From the human T2T-CHM13v2.0 reference genome, Homo sapiens, in assembly GCF_009914755.1 (NCBI RefSeq), contig NC_060935.1: 64,000 bases of DNA; one strand, given 5' to 3'. Made by a program: the position numbers and the translations under genes. The notes beneath the pieces are model-generated. The model saw only the letters and a list, made by a program, of their open reading frames with translations, searched no databases and was not told the DNA's origin. This document shows positions 1 through 15,739 of this stretch, one piece after another; position 1 is the first letter of the stretch; each line of letters begins with the position of its first letter.

Positions 1-338
1 CGTCTTATGAGCCCTCTTCTTTATTGTGTGCACCCACTAGGATGCTCCCTCCTACTCAGCCCTGTTTAGTGGGATTTTTCAGCCCACTGTAAAGCCTACT
101 GCTGCCTGTAAAGCCACCTAAGTGCATCACTTGCTGGTGTTCACCATGATAACAACAATTTATGGGGACAGAATATGTTTCTAGAGCTGCTGGTGCCACT
201 GCTGATGTTACTGGGTTCCCTGAAATAAAACACCACAGTGCAGGTGAGTACCAAAGTGGGGAGAATTTTTAGTTCCTTTTAGAGGTGCTAAATCAATATT
301 GTTGATTTCCCAGTACCTTAGAATATTTAATGAAAACA

Positions 339-905
<567 letters not shown>

Positions 906-959
906 CTTAATGAATACAGTCCCTCCTAAGATTTTCAAATAAATGAAATACCACATTAA

Positions 960-2400
960 TCATATTGTTTTATTTTTATCATTACATTAAAAATCAAATA
1001 GTATCACTAGGTTTATAATGAAAAACAGCAGACCCTGTCCCAGCCCTCCACACTCTCAGTTTCTACTCCCTAGATATAATCTCTATTCACCCAGCTACCT
1101 CTTCTGGTATTTATCTCCGTATTTCTAAATAGCATGCTTATACTACTAATTCTTAATTTTTCAGTTTGGGCCATTATTTTACTTTTTCTATAGGAAATAA
1201 GATATGTGTTTATACTCTGAAGACTGGTAATACACACATGTATTTCTCCATCTTCCATCCTTCAGTTTATCTATATCACCCTATATAGGTAGAGTACTAT
1301 TCATTATACTATTATAAAGGTATGTAATTGATCCAGTTAGCATAATATGATTATATTTCCTTTATTTTGATTGAAGTTAACTATTGCCTCTTTCTCCATG
1401 CAACTTTCTTAAGTACCTAGCATTCAAGTGTCTATAATCAATTTATTCCAAACTGTCCTTTCAAAACATTGAAACACATCAAGTAGTCTATCAATCAGTT
1501 TATTTTTTAAATTGGAGACAACTCTCTAGGAGCCCATCATCCTCCTTCACTGTGGACTAGTTTTTCTCTAAGCCTACTGCACAGCTTTTGTCCTGAAATA
1601 ATTTTATCCTTTCTACCCTGTTTTCCACTTCTTTTTGTTTTTCTGAAAGATTTCCACCTTCCAGCTTTTCTTTTGAATTTTAAAATTTCTGTTATGTTTT
1701 AAATTTGCCAGAATACTTTCTTGTCAACCTCTCTTTTAATTAAAAATATTTTTTATTTTTGTAATTTAAAGGTTTATTGTAAATTGACAAGTACAAATTG
1801 GATATATTTATGGGGTACAAAGTGATGTTATATGTATACAATGTGGAAAGATTAAATCAAGCTAATTAACATATCCATCACTACAAATACTTCTTTGTGG
1901 TGAGAATACTTGACATTTACCTTCAGCAATTTTGAAATATACAGTACATTATTATTAACCATGCTATACTCTTTATCTCAAAAAATGTATTCCCTTTATC
2001 TAACTGAAACTTCGTACTCTAACCAACATCTCCTTGTTTCCCCTACCACCCCTTCCCCCTACTCTCTGATAACCATCATTCTACTCTGATTCTGTGAGTT
2101 TGTTTTAGATTCTACATTAGGAATCATGTGACTTTGTCTGTCTGTGCCTGGCTTATTCCATTCAGCATAACGTCCTCCAGGGAAGCACTTTCTTGTCCAC
2201 CCCCTTCCCCTTTTTAAATAGCAGTCTGTTCCATTTGGTGGATGCAGTATCTTATTACTCTAAGAATATTTCTAATGTTTTCTTTTGTTTCTTGAATTGT
2301 CTGTGTTGAATTTTTAAGGCTTGTTTCTGTTTTGTGTTGGAAGCTTTTCTTAAACGTCTAGAGATCCTTGGCCATCCATTCATATGTAAGAGTGGGGCAC
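960..2400 (-). mobile_element. Old L1 (L1ME/L1MA-type) fragments
   Basis: L1MA 3' end motifs at ~1760-2180 (tatatttatggggtacaa, aagctaattaacatatccatcac, tgtgcctggcttatt); T-rich degenerate L1 flanks. Confidence 0.65.
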
Positions 2401-2431
2401 TAGAAAGCCAATAGAAAGTTCTGTGTACACT

Positions 2432-2707
2432 GGCCAGTGAGGTGGCTCACACCTGTAACCCCAGCACTTTGGAAGGCCAAGGCAGGCAGATCACTTGAGG
2501 TCAGGAGTTCAAGACCAGCCTTGCCAACATGGTGAAACCCCATCTCTACTAAAAATACAAAAATTAGCCGGGCTGGTGGCGCACGCCTGTAATCCTGGCT
2601 ACTTGGGAGGCTGAGGCTTGAGAATCTCTTGAACCCGGGAGGCAGAGGTTGCAGTGAGCTCTCCAGCCTAGGCAACAGACCAAAACTCTGTCTCAAAAAA
2701 AAAAAAA
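2432..2707 (+). repeat. Alu (small right-arm deletion)
   Basis: Alu consensus; TSD aaagttctgtgtaca. Confidence 0.9.
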
Positions 2708-3080
2708 GTTCTGTGTACATACTTAGGACTTGTAATTGGTAGGACATACTGCAGTATTTTTCAAACTTCTGGTCGCAAACCCATTAGTAGTTTGTGAAAT
2801 CAATATAATCAGTTTTATTTCCCCCAAATGACAGAACAGAATAGAAAACACCACCTCAGAATACATCTACATAGAAAGAGAATTATTTTATGAAACTTTG
2901 GTTTCTTACACATATCATATATACATATTATGTACTGGTTTGATCCCATAAAATGGGAGTTTTTTTTTTTTATTGTGGGTGTTTCTTCAAAGAAATTTGA
3001 AAAAGTACAACTTAGGATAATCAAAGAGATCTCCAACTGTCAGGACAGGTAGGTCTTTTCTCTTAGAGAGGTTAAGTTCC

Positions 3081-3372
3081 GGCCCAGTGCGGTGGCTCAT
3101 GCCTGTAATCCCAGCACTTTGGGAGGCTGAGGCGGGCAGATCATGAGGTCGGGAGATTGAGACCATCCTGGCTAACATGGTGAAACCTCATCTCTTCTAA
3201 GAATACAAAAAATAAGTCAGGCATGGTGGCACGCGCCTGTAATCCCAGCTACTCGGGAGGCTGAGGCAGGAGAATCATTTGAACTCGGGAGGCGGAGATT
3301 GCCACTGCACTCCAGCCTGGGCGACAGAGCAAGACTCCGTCTCAAAAAAAAAAAAAAAAAAAAAAAAAAAAA
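3081..3372 (+). repeat. Alu (AluSc-like)
   Basis: Alu consensus, long poly(A). Confidence 0.9.
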
Positions 3373-3439
3373 CGGAGATAAGTTCTCCTGGAGTAAAATT
3401 CTCTAAACTTTTGCCTGCATGCTAGTCTGATAGACAGTA

Positions 3440-4850
3440 CTCATTCATTCAGGTATTGGTTGAGGACTTACTATGTGCCAAACACTGTTCCAGGTTCTGG
3501 GTATACATCAGACAAAACTGTCTCCTGGGACTAGATTCTAGTGAGGGAGATAAACAGTGGGTTATATAGTATTTAGATCTTGCGCTAGGTAACACAGCAA
3601 CAGAAGGGAAAGCTGAACATATGCATATAGATGCTGGTAAGAGGGTGGATGTGGTGGATGAATGAAGTAGAAAACAAGGTCATCATCTGAGAGTGAAAAT
3701 GGGGAGGAAGTGTTGGAAGAAAAGAGAAGGTGTGAAATAATTTAGGACACAGCACAGCAAACTATAGCCTTTGGTCAAATCCTATTTTGGTGCAATCCAC
3801 AAGCTAAGGATACTTTTTTACTTTTAAACGGTTGGGAAAAAAATTTAAGATGATATTACATCATAGCATGTAACAAATAAATGCAATTCAAATTTCATTT
3901 ATTTACATATTGCCTCTGGCTACTTTCATGCTACAGTGACAAAGCTGAATAATTGCAAAAGAGACTATGACCTGCTATGCCAAAAATATTTATCTGGCCC
4001 TTTACAGAAAAAGTTGGCTGACTCCTGATCTAGGAGGATGGGAAGGTATATAGAGTAGGGAAATATGATTATCAGGCAGCATTAAGGCCTGAAGGTTATG
4101 GACATGAATTTAAAGTAAGACTAAACAGCATAGTTGCTGCACAGAAGTAGGTACAAAGGCAAAGAGCTGGCTTTAAAGTTGTGATTTTGCAAACTGAAAA
4201 TGACAAAAAGGGGTAGACTAAGTTAAAAGTACATGCAAGTTGCATGATTATAATGAGTGATCCTGGGATTTAAGTTGATTATGACAGGAACAGAAGGAAC
4301 TTGGAGATTAGGGACAATGAAAAGGTGGTAGTGAAAGGAGTGTTGGAGTTAAGTTACTAGATGTCTGGAAGACAGACTGTGGTGGTCAGATAATGAGATA
4401 GATTATGGAGGGGTTACAGTTTTTGGTAATAACGAGAGAGATCTAAGGTATGACTGAGAGTGAATGGATGAGAATAGCAGAGAACAAGGTCAGTGGAAAA
4501 CTACTCTTCAAAGAACCTATAGTCAGGGTGTTGAAAGATTAAAAATTGCTAAGAATTAAATCAGGAGTAGTGCTGCGGGAAATGAAATGAGCAGTGAACT
4601 AAACTTACTGAGAAATGAGAGGGGATGACCCAGGGGTTTGTAGATTTTGTAGATGATAGCAATGAAGAGAAGAGATATTATTTGATGGTATGGAACTCAA
4701 AGCTGAGAGTTTTAAGGGAAGATAGGAGACGTGTCTAGAAGTAGTAATGAGGAGCAAGAACATCATCTACCCCATCTCCAGGACCAGTAATAGGAGGACT
4801 GTGGGAGAAAAAAATCACCTTGAGAGGGCTGTAGTGAAAGCAGTATCCTA
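3440..4850. mobile_element. L2 fragments interrupted by a MER58-like hAT element (~3745-4030)
   Basis: cattcattc...ttactatgtgcca L2 end; MER58 end ctggccctttacagaaaaagtt...cctgatctag. Confidence 0.6.
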
Positions 4851-5219
<369 letters not shown>

Positions 5220-5661
5220 AGAATGCTGAGTTTTAAATCCCTATATTCAGTAGGATGTCTCCCCTCAGCTCCCAGTTGTTGTTGGTGGCTTCAACTAGTT
5301 CATCTTCCCCAGGAGATAACGAATGAACAAATGAATGAATGAATGAATGAGTTTATAAGGGGCGAGGATCTCAGGACTTCATAGTCTTTCAAGTAATCAT
5401 CTTGTTTTTAGCCCTCTACCTACTACCTCTTGCTTTTCAGATAACTGATGCCTCCAATTCCTAAGCCTTTTCTGGGGTTCTGTGGTACAAACATGCTTGC
5501 TTATTGCTAGTAACACTCCACCAGCCCCTGCCCCAGACTTCTGCTTTCTCTGGTCTACTCAGTTTGTTCCTTGTTTTTTGCTTTCCGGATTCAAAGATTT
5601 TGTTGACATTGCCTGGATGCTGCCATCTTTTCTCTCATATTCTTTGTCCTTAATCATTTAA

Positions 5662-6020
<359 letters not shown>

Positions 6021-6446
6021 CAATCCACTGTTTTTTAAAAAGTTGTCAAGAGTTTTGTTAAGGGGTCAGACATGTCTGACTGGTTGACTTTTCCCAGAAT
6101 GCTGCTTAGTCCCTCAAACACACAAATTCCTGATGGGTCCACCCACTAGGCTTCTGGTATACACAGACAGATCTGAATCCCAGTGGTGGAAACAACCTAG
6201 GCTGATTCTGAGTTTCCCACTGCATTTCTTCTTCTAATTGTCCCTCTTTTCCATTCCTGTCCTTTCCCTCATCCCTTACCTGCTGAAAATGAATCTTACC
6301 ATTTCTAAAATTCCACTCTTCCGGGGGCATCCACAGCTGGATCCTCTTCTTCACTGCCATTCCTCAGGCCTTAGAACAGGTCCCCTTCTTACACCCTTGT
6401 GCTCCAACTGGTCTTTATGAAACCTGTTCACTTCAATATACTTTTA

Positions 6447-6791
6447 GGCCAGGCTCACGCCTGTAATCCCAGCACCTTGAGACGCTGAGGCCGGTGCATC
6501 ACTTGAGGTCAGGAGTTCGAGACCAGCCTGGCCAACATGGTGAAACCCTATCTCTACTAAAAATACAAATATATATACATATGCCAGGCATGGTGGCATG
6601 TGCCTGTAGTCCCTGCTACTCAGGAGGCAGAGGCACGAGAATCACTTGAATCCAGGAGGCGGAGGTCGCAGTGAGCCGAGATTGTGCCACTGCACTCCAG
6701 CTTGGGCAACAGAGCAAGACTCCGTCTCCAAAATATATCTTATCTATATATAGATATAGATAGGTATATATAGATCTATATATAGATATAT
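6447..6791 (+). repeat. Alu with TA/TAGA microsatellite tail
   Basis: Alu consensus; TSD-like caatatactttt / tatatactttc. Confidence 0.85.
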
Positions 6792-7538
6792 ACTTTCAAT
6801 TCTCCAATTGTTCCTGTATACCATAGAGAAACTCTTATGAGCTCAGTTTCTGCAGGACTTACAAAACAGGGTAATTGCCTCCTCATTATGGTCAGCTCCA
6901 GCACCATTCAAATTCTCTGTCCTTACCCATTTCCAGAACAAGCAGGATGAAAATCACTTATCACTATAGCACCCACCCTTAAGCACAAGGTTATCCAATG
7001 TTTTCAAGGAGTCCAGCATTTCATAACAGAACCCCCTGATTAGTTTGCTAACTGATGAAAGCAGAGTTAAATTCCTGTTATGCAGGTTTAGAGTACAGGA
7101 GATTCTATGTCCCCATATCCTCTGCCCCCCAATCTATCCCTTGGCAAACACAAGTACCTCTACTAGAATAACCATACTCCCTCTTCCCAACCCACTTCTC
7201 TTGTTTAAGGGCACTGGCAGTGTTTGTGTATGTCAACAACATCGGAGTATCTGGGGTCCCTGGAGAGTTAGATTTTCTGTATTAATTACAGACTGGGAGA
7301 TTACTCTGGCTCCAGTAAAAGCAATACCAGGATTGAAGTCCCCTCTCTGATTATGGTGGCTGGGATTTGCTGGAAGAGGCATAGGTCCAGAAAAGAATGT
7401 AAAAAAGGTACTAGAAAGAAAGAATAAGGCCTATAGCCATCAGGCTGCTAGAACCTTTGGACAAGTCACTATCTAAAAGCAGGTAAAGACCCAGCTTTTT
7501 GTCCATCTGGTCAGGCACCTGGTGGCGTGAGTCTTTCA

Positions 7539-7856
<318 letters not shown>

Positions 7857-8202
7857 TCAATAAAAAGGTCTCTGAGAAAACAGTTGTCACAATGTCCATG
7901 TACTTGTACTTGACACCATGTGAGAAACAGCCTCCAGTAGGTCACTGGCCAGACAGGTGAGTATGAAATAGGACAACACTGTATTATAGCTCAGGATGCA
8001 TTGATAATAGAAGTTTGAAGCAGCAGCTGACAGACGAGTCTAAGCAATAACACACAGACTAGTTTGTCTCTGCTCTTGAGAACAGCAGCCTGCAACCCTT
8101 CAAACAAGCCATAATGTGTGAGTCAACAAGAAGCTACATTTGATTGACAATGCCATTTTAATAAAGATGTTCTAGAGTCAAAGAATTTGGCGTGAGAAAT
8201 TG

Positions 8203-8438
8203 TGCCCAGGCTGGGGTGCAGTGGTGTGATCATAGCTCACTGCAGCCTCTGAGCTCCTGGGCTCAAGGGATCCCCCTGCCTTAGCCTCTGAAGTAGCTGG
8301 GACTACAGGCATGCACCACTGTGCCCAGCTAATTTTTAATTTTTTTGTAAAGATAGGGTCTCATTATGTTTCCCAGGCTGGTCTCGAACTCCTGGCTTCA
8401 AGTGATCCTCCCACCTTGGACTCCGAAAGTGCTGGGAT
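8203..8438 (-). repeat. Alu (AluJ-like, truncated)
   Basis: Reverse-complement Alu consensus. Confidence 0.85.
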
Positions 8439-8943
8439 GTGCTCAATATTAAATGTCATGAAGATACTGTTAAAATAATAATTGTGCTCAATAGTTGTAT
8501 CTTTATACTATTCTGAGCCTTAGGTTTCTTTTCTGTAAAACTGAACAATACTACCTTCTTTGCAGGGGATAGCATAGTCCCTGGTTTACAGTAAATGCTT
8601 TCCTCCAATTGAATCAAGATATACCTCTCTGCTACCTCCCCATCTATTAGAAATGCTTGCCTTCTGGTACCAGAAAAAAAAAAAAAACACCTTCCACATG
8701 ACAACTCTGAAGACAATAATCACACTACCATTGTGTTTTTCTGGATGTGCCACACATTGTATACATGTCCCTGCCTTACAAATGACATCTCCTATACACA
8801 GAGTCCTTAATATTTCTACATGCAATGTATAATCAATTAAAACATCAGTATCATCTTAATGTGAATTTCTGTTAATCCAAGTTCTCCCCCACTATGCAAG
8901 TGCAATAAATATTTAAAAATGAAGGTAACAATATATATATATA

Positions 8944-9232
8944 TTTTTTTGAGACAGAGTCTCGCTCTGTTGCCCAGGCTGGAGTGCAGTGGCGTGATCG
9001 CGGCTCACTGCAAGCTCCACCTCCCGAGTTCATGCCATTCTCCTGCATCAGCCTCCTGAGTAGCTGGGACTACAGGTGCCCACCACCACTCCCAGCTAAT
9101 TTTTTGTATTTTTAGTAGAGACAGGGTTTCACTGTGTTAGCCAGGATGGTCTCCATCTTCTGACCTTGTGATACACCCATCTCGGCCTCCCAAAGTGCTG
9201 GGATTACAGGTGTGAGCCACCGTGCTTGGCCA
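8944..9232 (-). repeat. Alu (AluY-like)
   Basis: gcaagctcc / ttcatgccattctcc AluY diagnostics; TSD aacaatatata. Confidence 0.9.
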
Positions 9233-9529
9233 ACAATATATATTCTTAACTGTGTAAATTTTAATTTGTTGGTTTTATTCTTTTGAGATTATTATGAATA
9301 TTGATTCTGTCATTCATCGCTTAAGGACCAGGCAGGTGAACCACTTGACATTTTTTATCATCAGAATAAATTGACAAAAACAAAACAAAATACTTTGAGG
9401 TGGAATGGAAGTATCTTGAGTAGTAGTAAAACCATAGTTCTAGATGGTGATAATCATTGTCATAATGAAAGCGTGTTGCTTGTTGACTATTTAACCATGC
9501 TGTTTAAGTCATATTAAAAACATCAATAC

Positions 9530-11723
9530 GTCCCTCTCCCTCTCCCCTCTCCCCTCTCCCCTCTCCCCTCTCCCCCTTCCCACGGTCTCCTTCCACGGTC
9601 TCCCTCTGATGCCGAGCCAAAGCTGGACGGTACTGCTGCCATCTCGGCTCACTGCAACCTCCCTGCCTGATTCTCCTGCCTCAGCCTGCCGAGTGCCTGC
9701 GATTGCAGGCGCGCGCCGCCACGCCTGACTGGTTTTCGTTTTTTTTTTTTTTGGTGGAGACGGGGTTTTGCTGTGTTGGCCGGGCTGGTCTCCAGCTCCT
9801 AACCGCGAGTGATCCGCCAGCCTCGGCCTCCCGAGGTGCCGGGATTGCAGACGGAGTCTCGTTCACTCAGTGCTCAATGGTGCCCAGGCTGGAGTGCAGT
9901 GGCGTGATCTTGGCTCGCTACAACCTCCACCTCCCAGCCGCCTGCCTTGGCCCCCCAAAGTGCCGAGATTGCAGCCTCTGCCCAGCCGCCACCCCGTCTG
10001 GGAAGTGAGGAGCGTCTCTGCCTGGCCCCCCATCGTCTGGGATATGAGGAGCCTCTCTGCCTGGCTGCCCAGTCTGGAAAGTGAGGAGCGTCTCTGCCCG
10101 GCCGCCATCCCATCTAGGAAGCGAGGAGCGCCTCTTCCCCGCCGCCATCCCATCTAGGAAGTGAGGAGCGTCTCTGCCCGGCCGCCCATCGTCTGAGATG
10201 TGGGGAGCACCTCTGCCCCGCCGCCCTGTCTGGGATGTGAGGAGCGCCTCTGCTGGGCCGCAACCCTGTCTGGGAGGTGAGGAGCGTCTCTGCCCGGCCT
10301 CCCCGTCTGAGAAGTGAGGAAACCCTCTGCCTGGCAACCGCCCCGTCTGAGAAGTGAGGAGCCCCTCCGTCCGGCAGCCACCCCGTCTGGGAAGTGAGGA
10401 GCGTCTCCGCCCGGCAGCCACCCCGACCGGGAGGGAGGTGGGGGGGGGGGTCAGCCCCCCGCCCGGCCAGCCGCCCCGTCCGGGAGGTGAGGGGCTCCTC
10501 TGCCCGGCCGCCCCTACTGGGAAGTGAGGAGCCCCTCTGCCCGGCCAGCCGCCCCGTCCGGGAGGGAGGTGGGGGGGTCAGCCCCCCGCCCGGCCAGCCG
10601 CCCCGTCCGGGAGGTGAGGGGCTCCTCTGCCCGGCCGCCCCTACTGGGAAGTGAGGAGCCCCTCTGCCCGGCCAGCCGCCCCGTCCGGGAGGGAGGTGGG
10701 GGGATCAGCCCCCCGCCTGGCCAGCCGCCCCGTCCGGGAGGTGAGGGGCGCCTCTGCCCGGCCGCCCCTACTGGGAAGTGAGGAGCCCCTCTGCCCGGCC
10801 AGCCGCCCCGTCCGGGAGGGAGGTGGGGGGGTCAGCCCCCCGCCCGGCCAGCCGCCCCATCCGGGAGGGAGGTGGGGGGGTCAGCCCTCCGCCCGGCCAG
10901 CCGCCCCGTCCGGGAGGGAGGTGGGGGGGGTCAGCCCCCCGCCCGGCCAGCCGCCCCGTCCGGGAGGGAGGTGGGGGGATCAGCCCCCCGCCTGGCCAGC
11001 CACCCCGTCCGGGAGGTGAGGGGCGCCTCTGCCCGGCCGCCCCTACTGGGAAGTGAGGACCCCTCTGCCTGGCCAGCCGCCCCGTCCGGGAGGGTTGGGG
11101 GGGGGTCAGCCCCCCGCCCGGCCAGCCGCCCCATCCGGGAGGTGAGGGGCGCTTCTGCCCGGCCGCCCCTACTGGGAAATGAGGAGCCCCTCTGCCCGGC
11201 CACGACCCCGTCTGGGAGGTGTGCCCAGCGGCTCATTGGGGATGGGCCATGATGACAATGGCGGTTTTGTGGAATAGAAAGGCGGGAAGAGTGGGGAAAA
11301 AATTGAGAAATCGGATGGTTGCCGGGTCTCTGTGGATAGAAGTAGACATGGGAGACTTTTCATTTTGTTCTGTACTAAGAAAAATTCTTCTGCCTTGGGA
11401 TCCTGTTGATCTGTGACCTTATCCCCAACCCTGTGCTCTCTGAAACATGTGCTGTGTCCACTCAGGGTTAAATGGATTAAGGGCGGTGCAAGATGTGCTT
11501 TGTTAAACAGATGCTTGAAGGCAGCATGCTCGTTAAGAGTCATCACCACTCCCTAATCTTAAGTACCCAGGGACACAAACACTGCGGAAGGCCGCAGGGT
11601 CCTCTGCCTAGGAAAACCAGAGACCTTTGTTCACTTGTTTATCTACTGACCTTCCCTCCACTATTGTCCTATGACCCTGCCAAATCCCCCTCTGCGAGAA
11701 ACACCCAAGAATGATCAATAAAA

Positions 11724-11766
<43 letters not shown>

Positions 11767-11956
11767 AAGAGTGACTCACATCTCTGGCTGGATTGCCAGG
11801 GGACCTTGGGCAGATTTCTTAGCCTTTCTGAGCATTCAGTTATAAGGGCAAATATTTTTGGAGGCACAGTGTGGACGCGTAGTATGAACTGAATGAAAGA
11901 AATCGGTTTCGTCAAAAATAAACAGAGTTGAATTAGTTGTTAAAAAAAAAAAAAAA
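9530..11956 (+). mobile_element. Full-length SVA retrotransposon (likely SVA_E) with 3' transduction
   Basis: (CCCTCT)n 9531-9577, Alu-like domain to ~9990, GC-rich VNTR ~9990-11215, SINE-R to 11716, (AAAT)n 11717-11768, unique 11769-11941, poly(A) 11942-11956; TSD AAAAACATCAATAC at 9516-9529 and 11952-11965. Subfamily from recalled SINE-R variants (cccagcggctcattggggatggg). Confidence 0.95.
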
Positions 11957-12103
11957 CATCAATACTTAAAAGGTAAGTTTCCATCATCTTGAAAATACAT
12001 TTATTTGAGATGCCATTTGGACAATGACTTTAACTATATATTAAGGTTCATTCAACTCTTTCCCTTCCCAAACCTCTCCTATTTGTTTGAACTAAATATT
12101 TCC

Positions 12104-12425
<322 letters not shown>

Positions 12426-12785
12426 TAGAAGTGTTCTCTCGGACTGCTGACAGGTCCACCATAAAAGATTGTTCCCGTATATGAAGTTCTGAGTGACTAC
12501 CATATGCCAACCACTCTATATGGATTTTCTTATTTGACACTGTGAGGTAAGCACTTTTATTACTTCTGTTTTATAGATTACAAAACCAAGCTCAGTGAGG
12601 TTTGCTAATGTGCTCGACATACAGTCAGTAAGAGACACCTGAAGGGCCAGTAGCAATGGAGGAACAGGAGACCCTAAGAGAAAAATGCTGATGCAATTAG
12701 ACTTTACCTAGTCTCCCCCACCTTCCAGACTGGAGCCCTGACACAAAGACTTTGTCAGACAAGCACACAGAGGGGAAGATTTCAC

Positions 12786-12791
12786 TTTATT
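12786..12791 (-). terminator. NRIP3: Probable NRIP3 poly(A) signal AATAAA
   Basis: tttatt on + strand; downstream on the minus strand is a GT/T-rich tract (tgtgtgcttgtct, gtctttgtgt). Confidence 0.7.
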
Positions 12792-13379
12792 GTTACATCA
12801 GTCTCACAAATGAACCCAACACAGCCAGAAACACTGAAAGGATAAAGTGCCAATGCAGAGAGGCCTGGCAACAGGAGGAGGGAGGAATCCAGTTCGTCTC
12901 CTCCACGTCCCCAGCCTGGCAATATATTTCTATTACACAAGAGTGAGGGCAGCTGACATACCAGGCAACCCATTGTATAGACACTTTGAGCTAAGAAATA
13001 GAAAATTGTACCAGGTAGGGTCTGTGCAGGGCAAGAAAATAGAAAAAAGTCAGAAAATGTTATTTTCCCGAGTCAGGCATGGAAATATCAAATGATAAAA
13101 CCAATATTTTTCAAACTCTGTCATTTGAGATAGACATCTAATAAGGAATGAGACAGGTCTGGTGCTTCATGCTACTGCCTATTTTCAGAACTATGACACC
13201 CTTTCTCCCACACCCTCAATGTAAGGTACCAGAATTTTTTAGGACTCCTGGGAAAAACTGACCTCACCTTCTTACCTTCTCAGCCCCCAAAAATTAGACC
13301 CAGTGCTCCCTCATGCACATCAAGGAGATATGAGCTAGGAGAATAATCAACTTGGAGGCATTTAAAGAAAGTGAATGAA

Positions 13380-13710
<331 letters not shown>

Positions 13711-15739
13711 TCACTGTGGCTAAGAGTCAAGGCTCAGAGTAGAACTTTCAAGTAGGGAAGTAAAGGGTGAGCTTTACTTCAACTTAGTACCAGGATAAGA
13801 GGCAGGCCAAAGTATTGCCATGAAAGGTAGGGAAGGAGCATGGAGAGGCCTCAGTGGAAAGGTACAAATCCCCGCTAGGTAAGAGAATGGGGTGTTGCTA
13901 GAGGGAGTGCTGAAGGCTGGTAACCCCGGGATCACCCCTCATGAGCTTTAGATATAGCCTCCCAACCATGGCTGTGCTTAGCTTCCTATCTAGCTTCTTT
14001 AGGTAGAGGCTGATAGGAAGGGGGCCTAGGGAATGACCCCATGACAACTGACTGCAGTATGGCTGCCTAGTTGTTCAAATGATAGTCACCAAGTTCCTAG
14101 GCTTTAGGGAGCTTCTGTGAGGCCCAAATCATTCAGAGTTCCAAAGGGCTGTTCAGTAGGGGCAGTTGCTGAACACCAGACAAGGTAGTTGGTAGTACTT
14201 GGCAAAGTTCAAAGTGGGATCCTTTAAACAAACACTCTGAGAACTACTGCTATGACACAGGGTAGACTTGGGAATATCTTAAAGGGATACCCACAGCTAG
14301 CTATTTTTCTGACTTGTCCAAGCACTTCTATGACCAAACTGAAGGGGAGATTCCATTATAGACACCTGTGTGCCTAATGTGACACCCCAGTCAAAAAGCT
14401 TCAAGAAACCTTGTATTCTCCCCAACCTTTGACAGGGGTCAGGAAATACTGGGCAGTTATAAAAAGTTGTCCTTAACATTGCCGGCTCCTGCTCTGCCTC
14501 TTTCCTTGTATCAGGACAGAACTGAACATCTCAATTCCCTGCCTGAAAATGTCATTCCCTGCCTCCCAGAAAGGTTTATCTAGATAGGCCTCTCCACCAA
14601 CTGATTCTACTCAGTCTACTCCCTTCTATTCTGGCCTTGCTCTTTTTTTCCCCCCATCTTTCTCTACTCCTGGTTTCCAGCTACTTCAGTCCTTGACAGA
14701 CACATAATAGGATGGGCAGAAATGCTGATCGGATCTTGGGAGTAATCAACGTCTGACAGTGACACTCTGATTTACTTAAGCCTTCAATTCCATATCAGAG
14801 AGGGATTAATATTCCTCTGTCTGTGGTTCCTCCTTTCCTCCAAGAGGTTCACAGTGAGAAACCATTTCATTCATCTTTGTACGCTCGTTTTTAGGCACCA
14901 AGATGAGGGCCTAAATGTGACAGTTTGGGGCAAGGAACTTTTACTGGGCTTGGCACACAGGAGGGAGAGCTACCCAAATCATCCTAGCATCCATCTCCAG
15001 AGAATATTCCTCCCATGCTCTGCCTTTTTTTTTTTTTTTTTAACACATTCTCACCTCTTTGCCCTCCTGTTAAAGGCTTGAATACAAATGAGGCAGCATG
15101 GGAGTCTTGGCTTGGAAATCAGGTCTGCGTTCTTGGTCCCTTCAGTCACTGACCTAATATATGAACTTAGACAATTCACTTGCCTCTCTGGACCTTTAAA
15201 TGAAAGAGTTAAACTGTAATGGATAATGTCCCTGGGCTCTTTCACATAATCCATACTTGAGAAATCAATGAATCAATTTGAAGAAACTCTAATTCTAAGA
15301 CATAGGTATCCTGGCACCTGTTTGAAACAGCTGAAAGGAGGTAAAGGTCAGGTTCCTGTTTATTATACATTTAGCTATAGGAAAAGAAGCACATATATCT
15401 ATGGAGACACAGAACCTGGCAGCCCCTATACTTGACTAATAAAAGCAAATTCCTGGAAGAAGCAGAGAAATAGGCCACAAGTGAGACTGGCAGTGTCAAA
15501 AAAGGTCTATAAGTTAAGTGATCAAAGTAGTAAAAAACAATGGCCATAACCAGACAAGATCTCTAAGCATAGACTATAGTCTAGAGAGGTCTGAATGGGA
15601 AGGAGCCCCTGGAGCTTCTATTAGATGGAAGGACTTGGTCCACAGCAAGTCACTACGGCATTTGGTTCAAACCCAGTTTTCTCAATCTGTCAACCCGGTG
15701 TGTATGCATGCACACGTGCAGACATGCTGCAGGCTGTAG

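Noticed and set aside
6068-6077. p53 half-site AGACATGTCT
   Set aside because: No adjacent second half-site
6144-6160. PLGFW peptide resembling the ERVL RNase H motif RPLGFWS
   Set aside because: It lies upstream of the putative YxDD motif, the wrong order for pol; not counted as evidence
6733-6791. Quasi-palindromic TA/TAGA run
   Set aside because: Microsatellite-degenerated Alu tail; self-complementarity is trivial for (TA)n
9990-11215. Regular repeat array superficially resembling a CRISPR or novel array
   Set aside because: It is the SVA VNTR: tandem GC-rich units with no unique spacers, in human DNA
9681-11714. Many overlapping 60-170 aa ORFs
   Set aside because: They arise from the stop-poor GC-rich SVA VNTR and Alu-like domains; no coding signature
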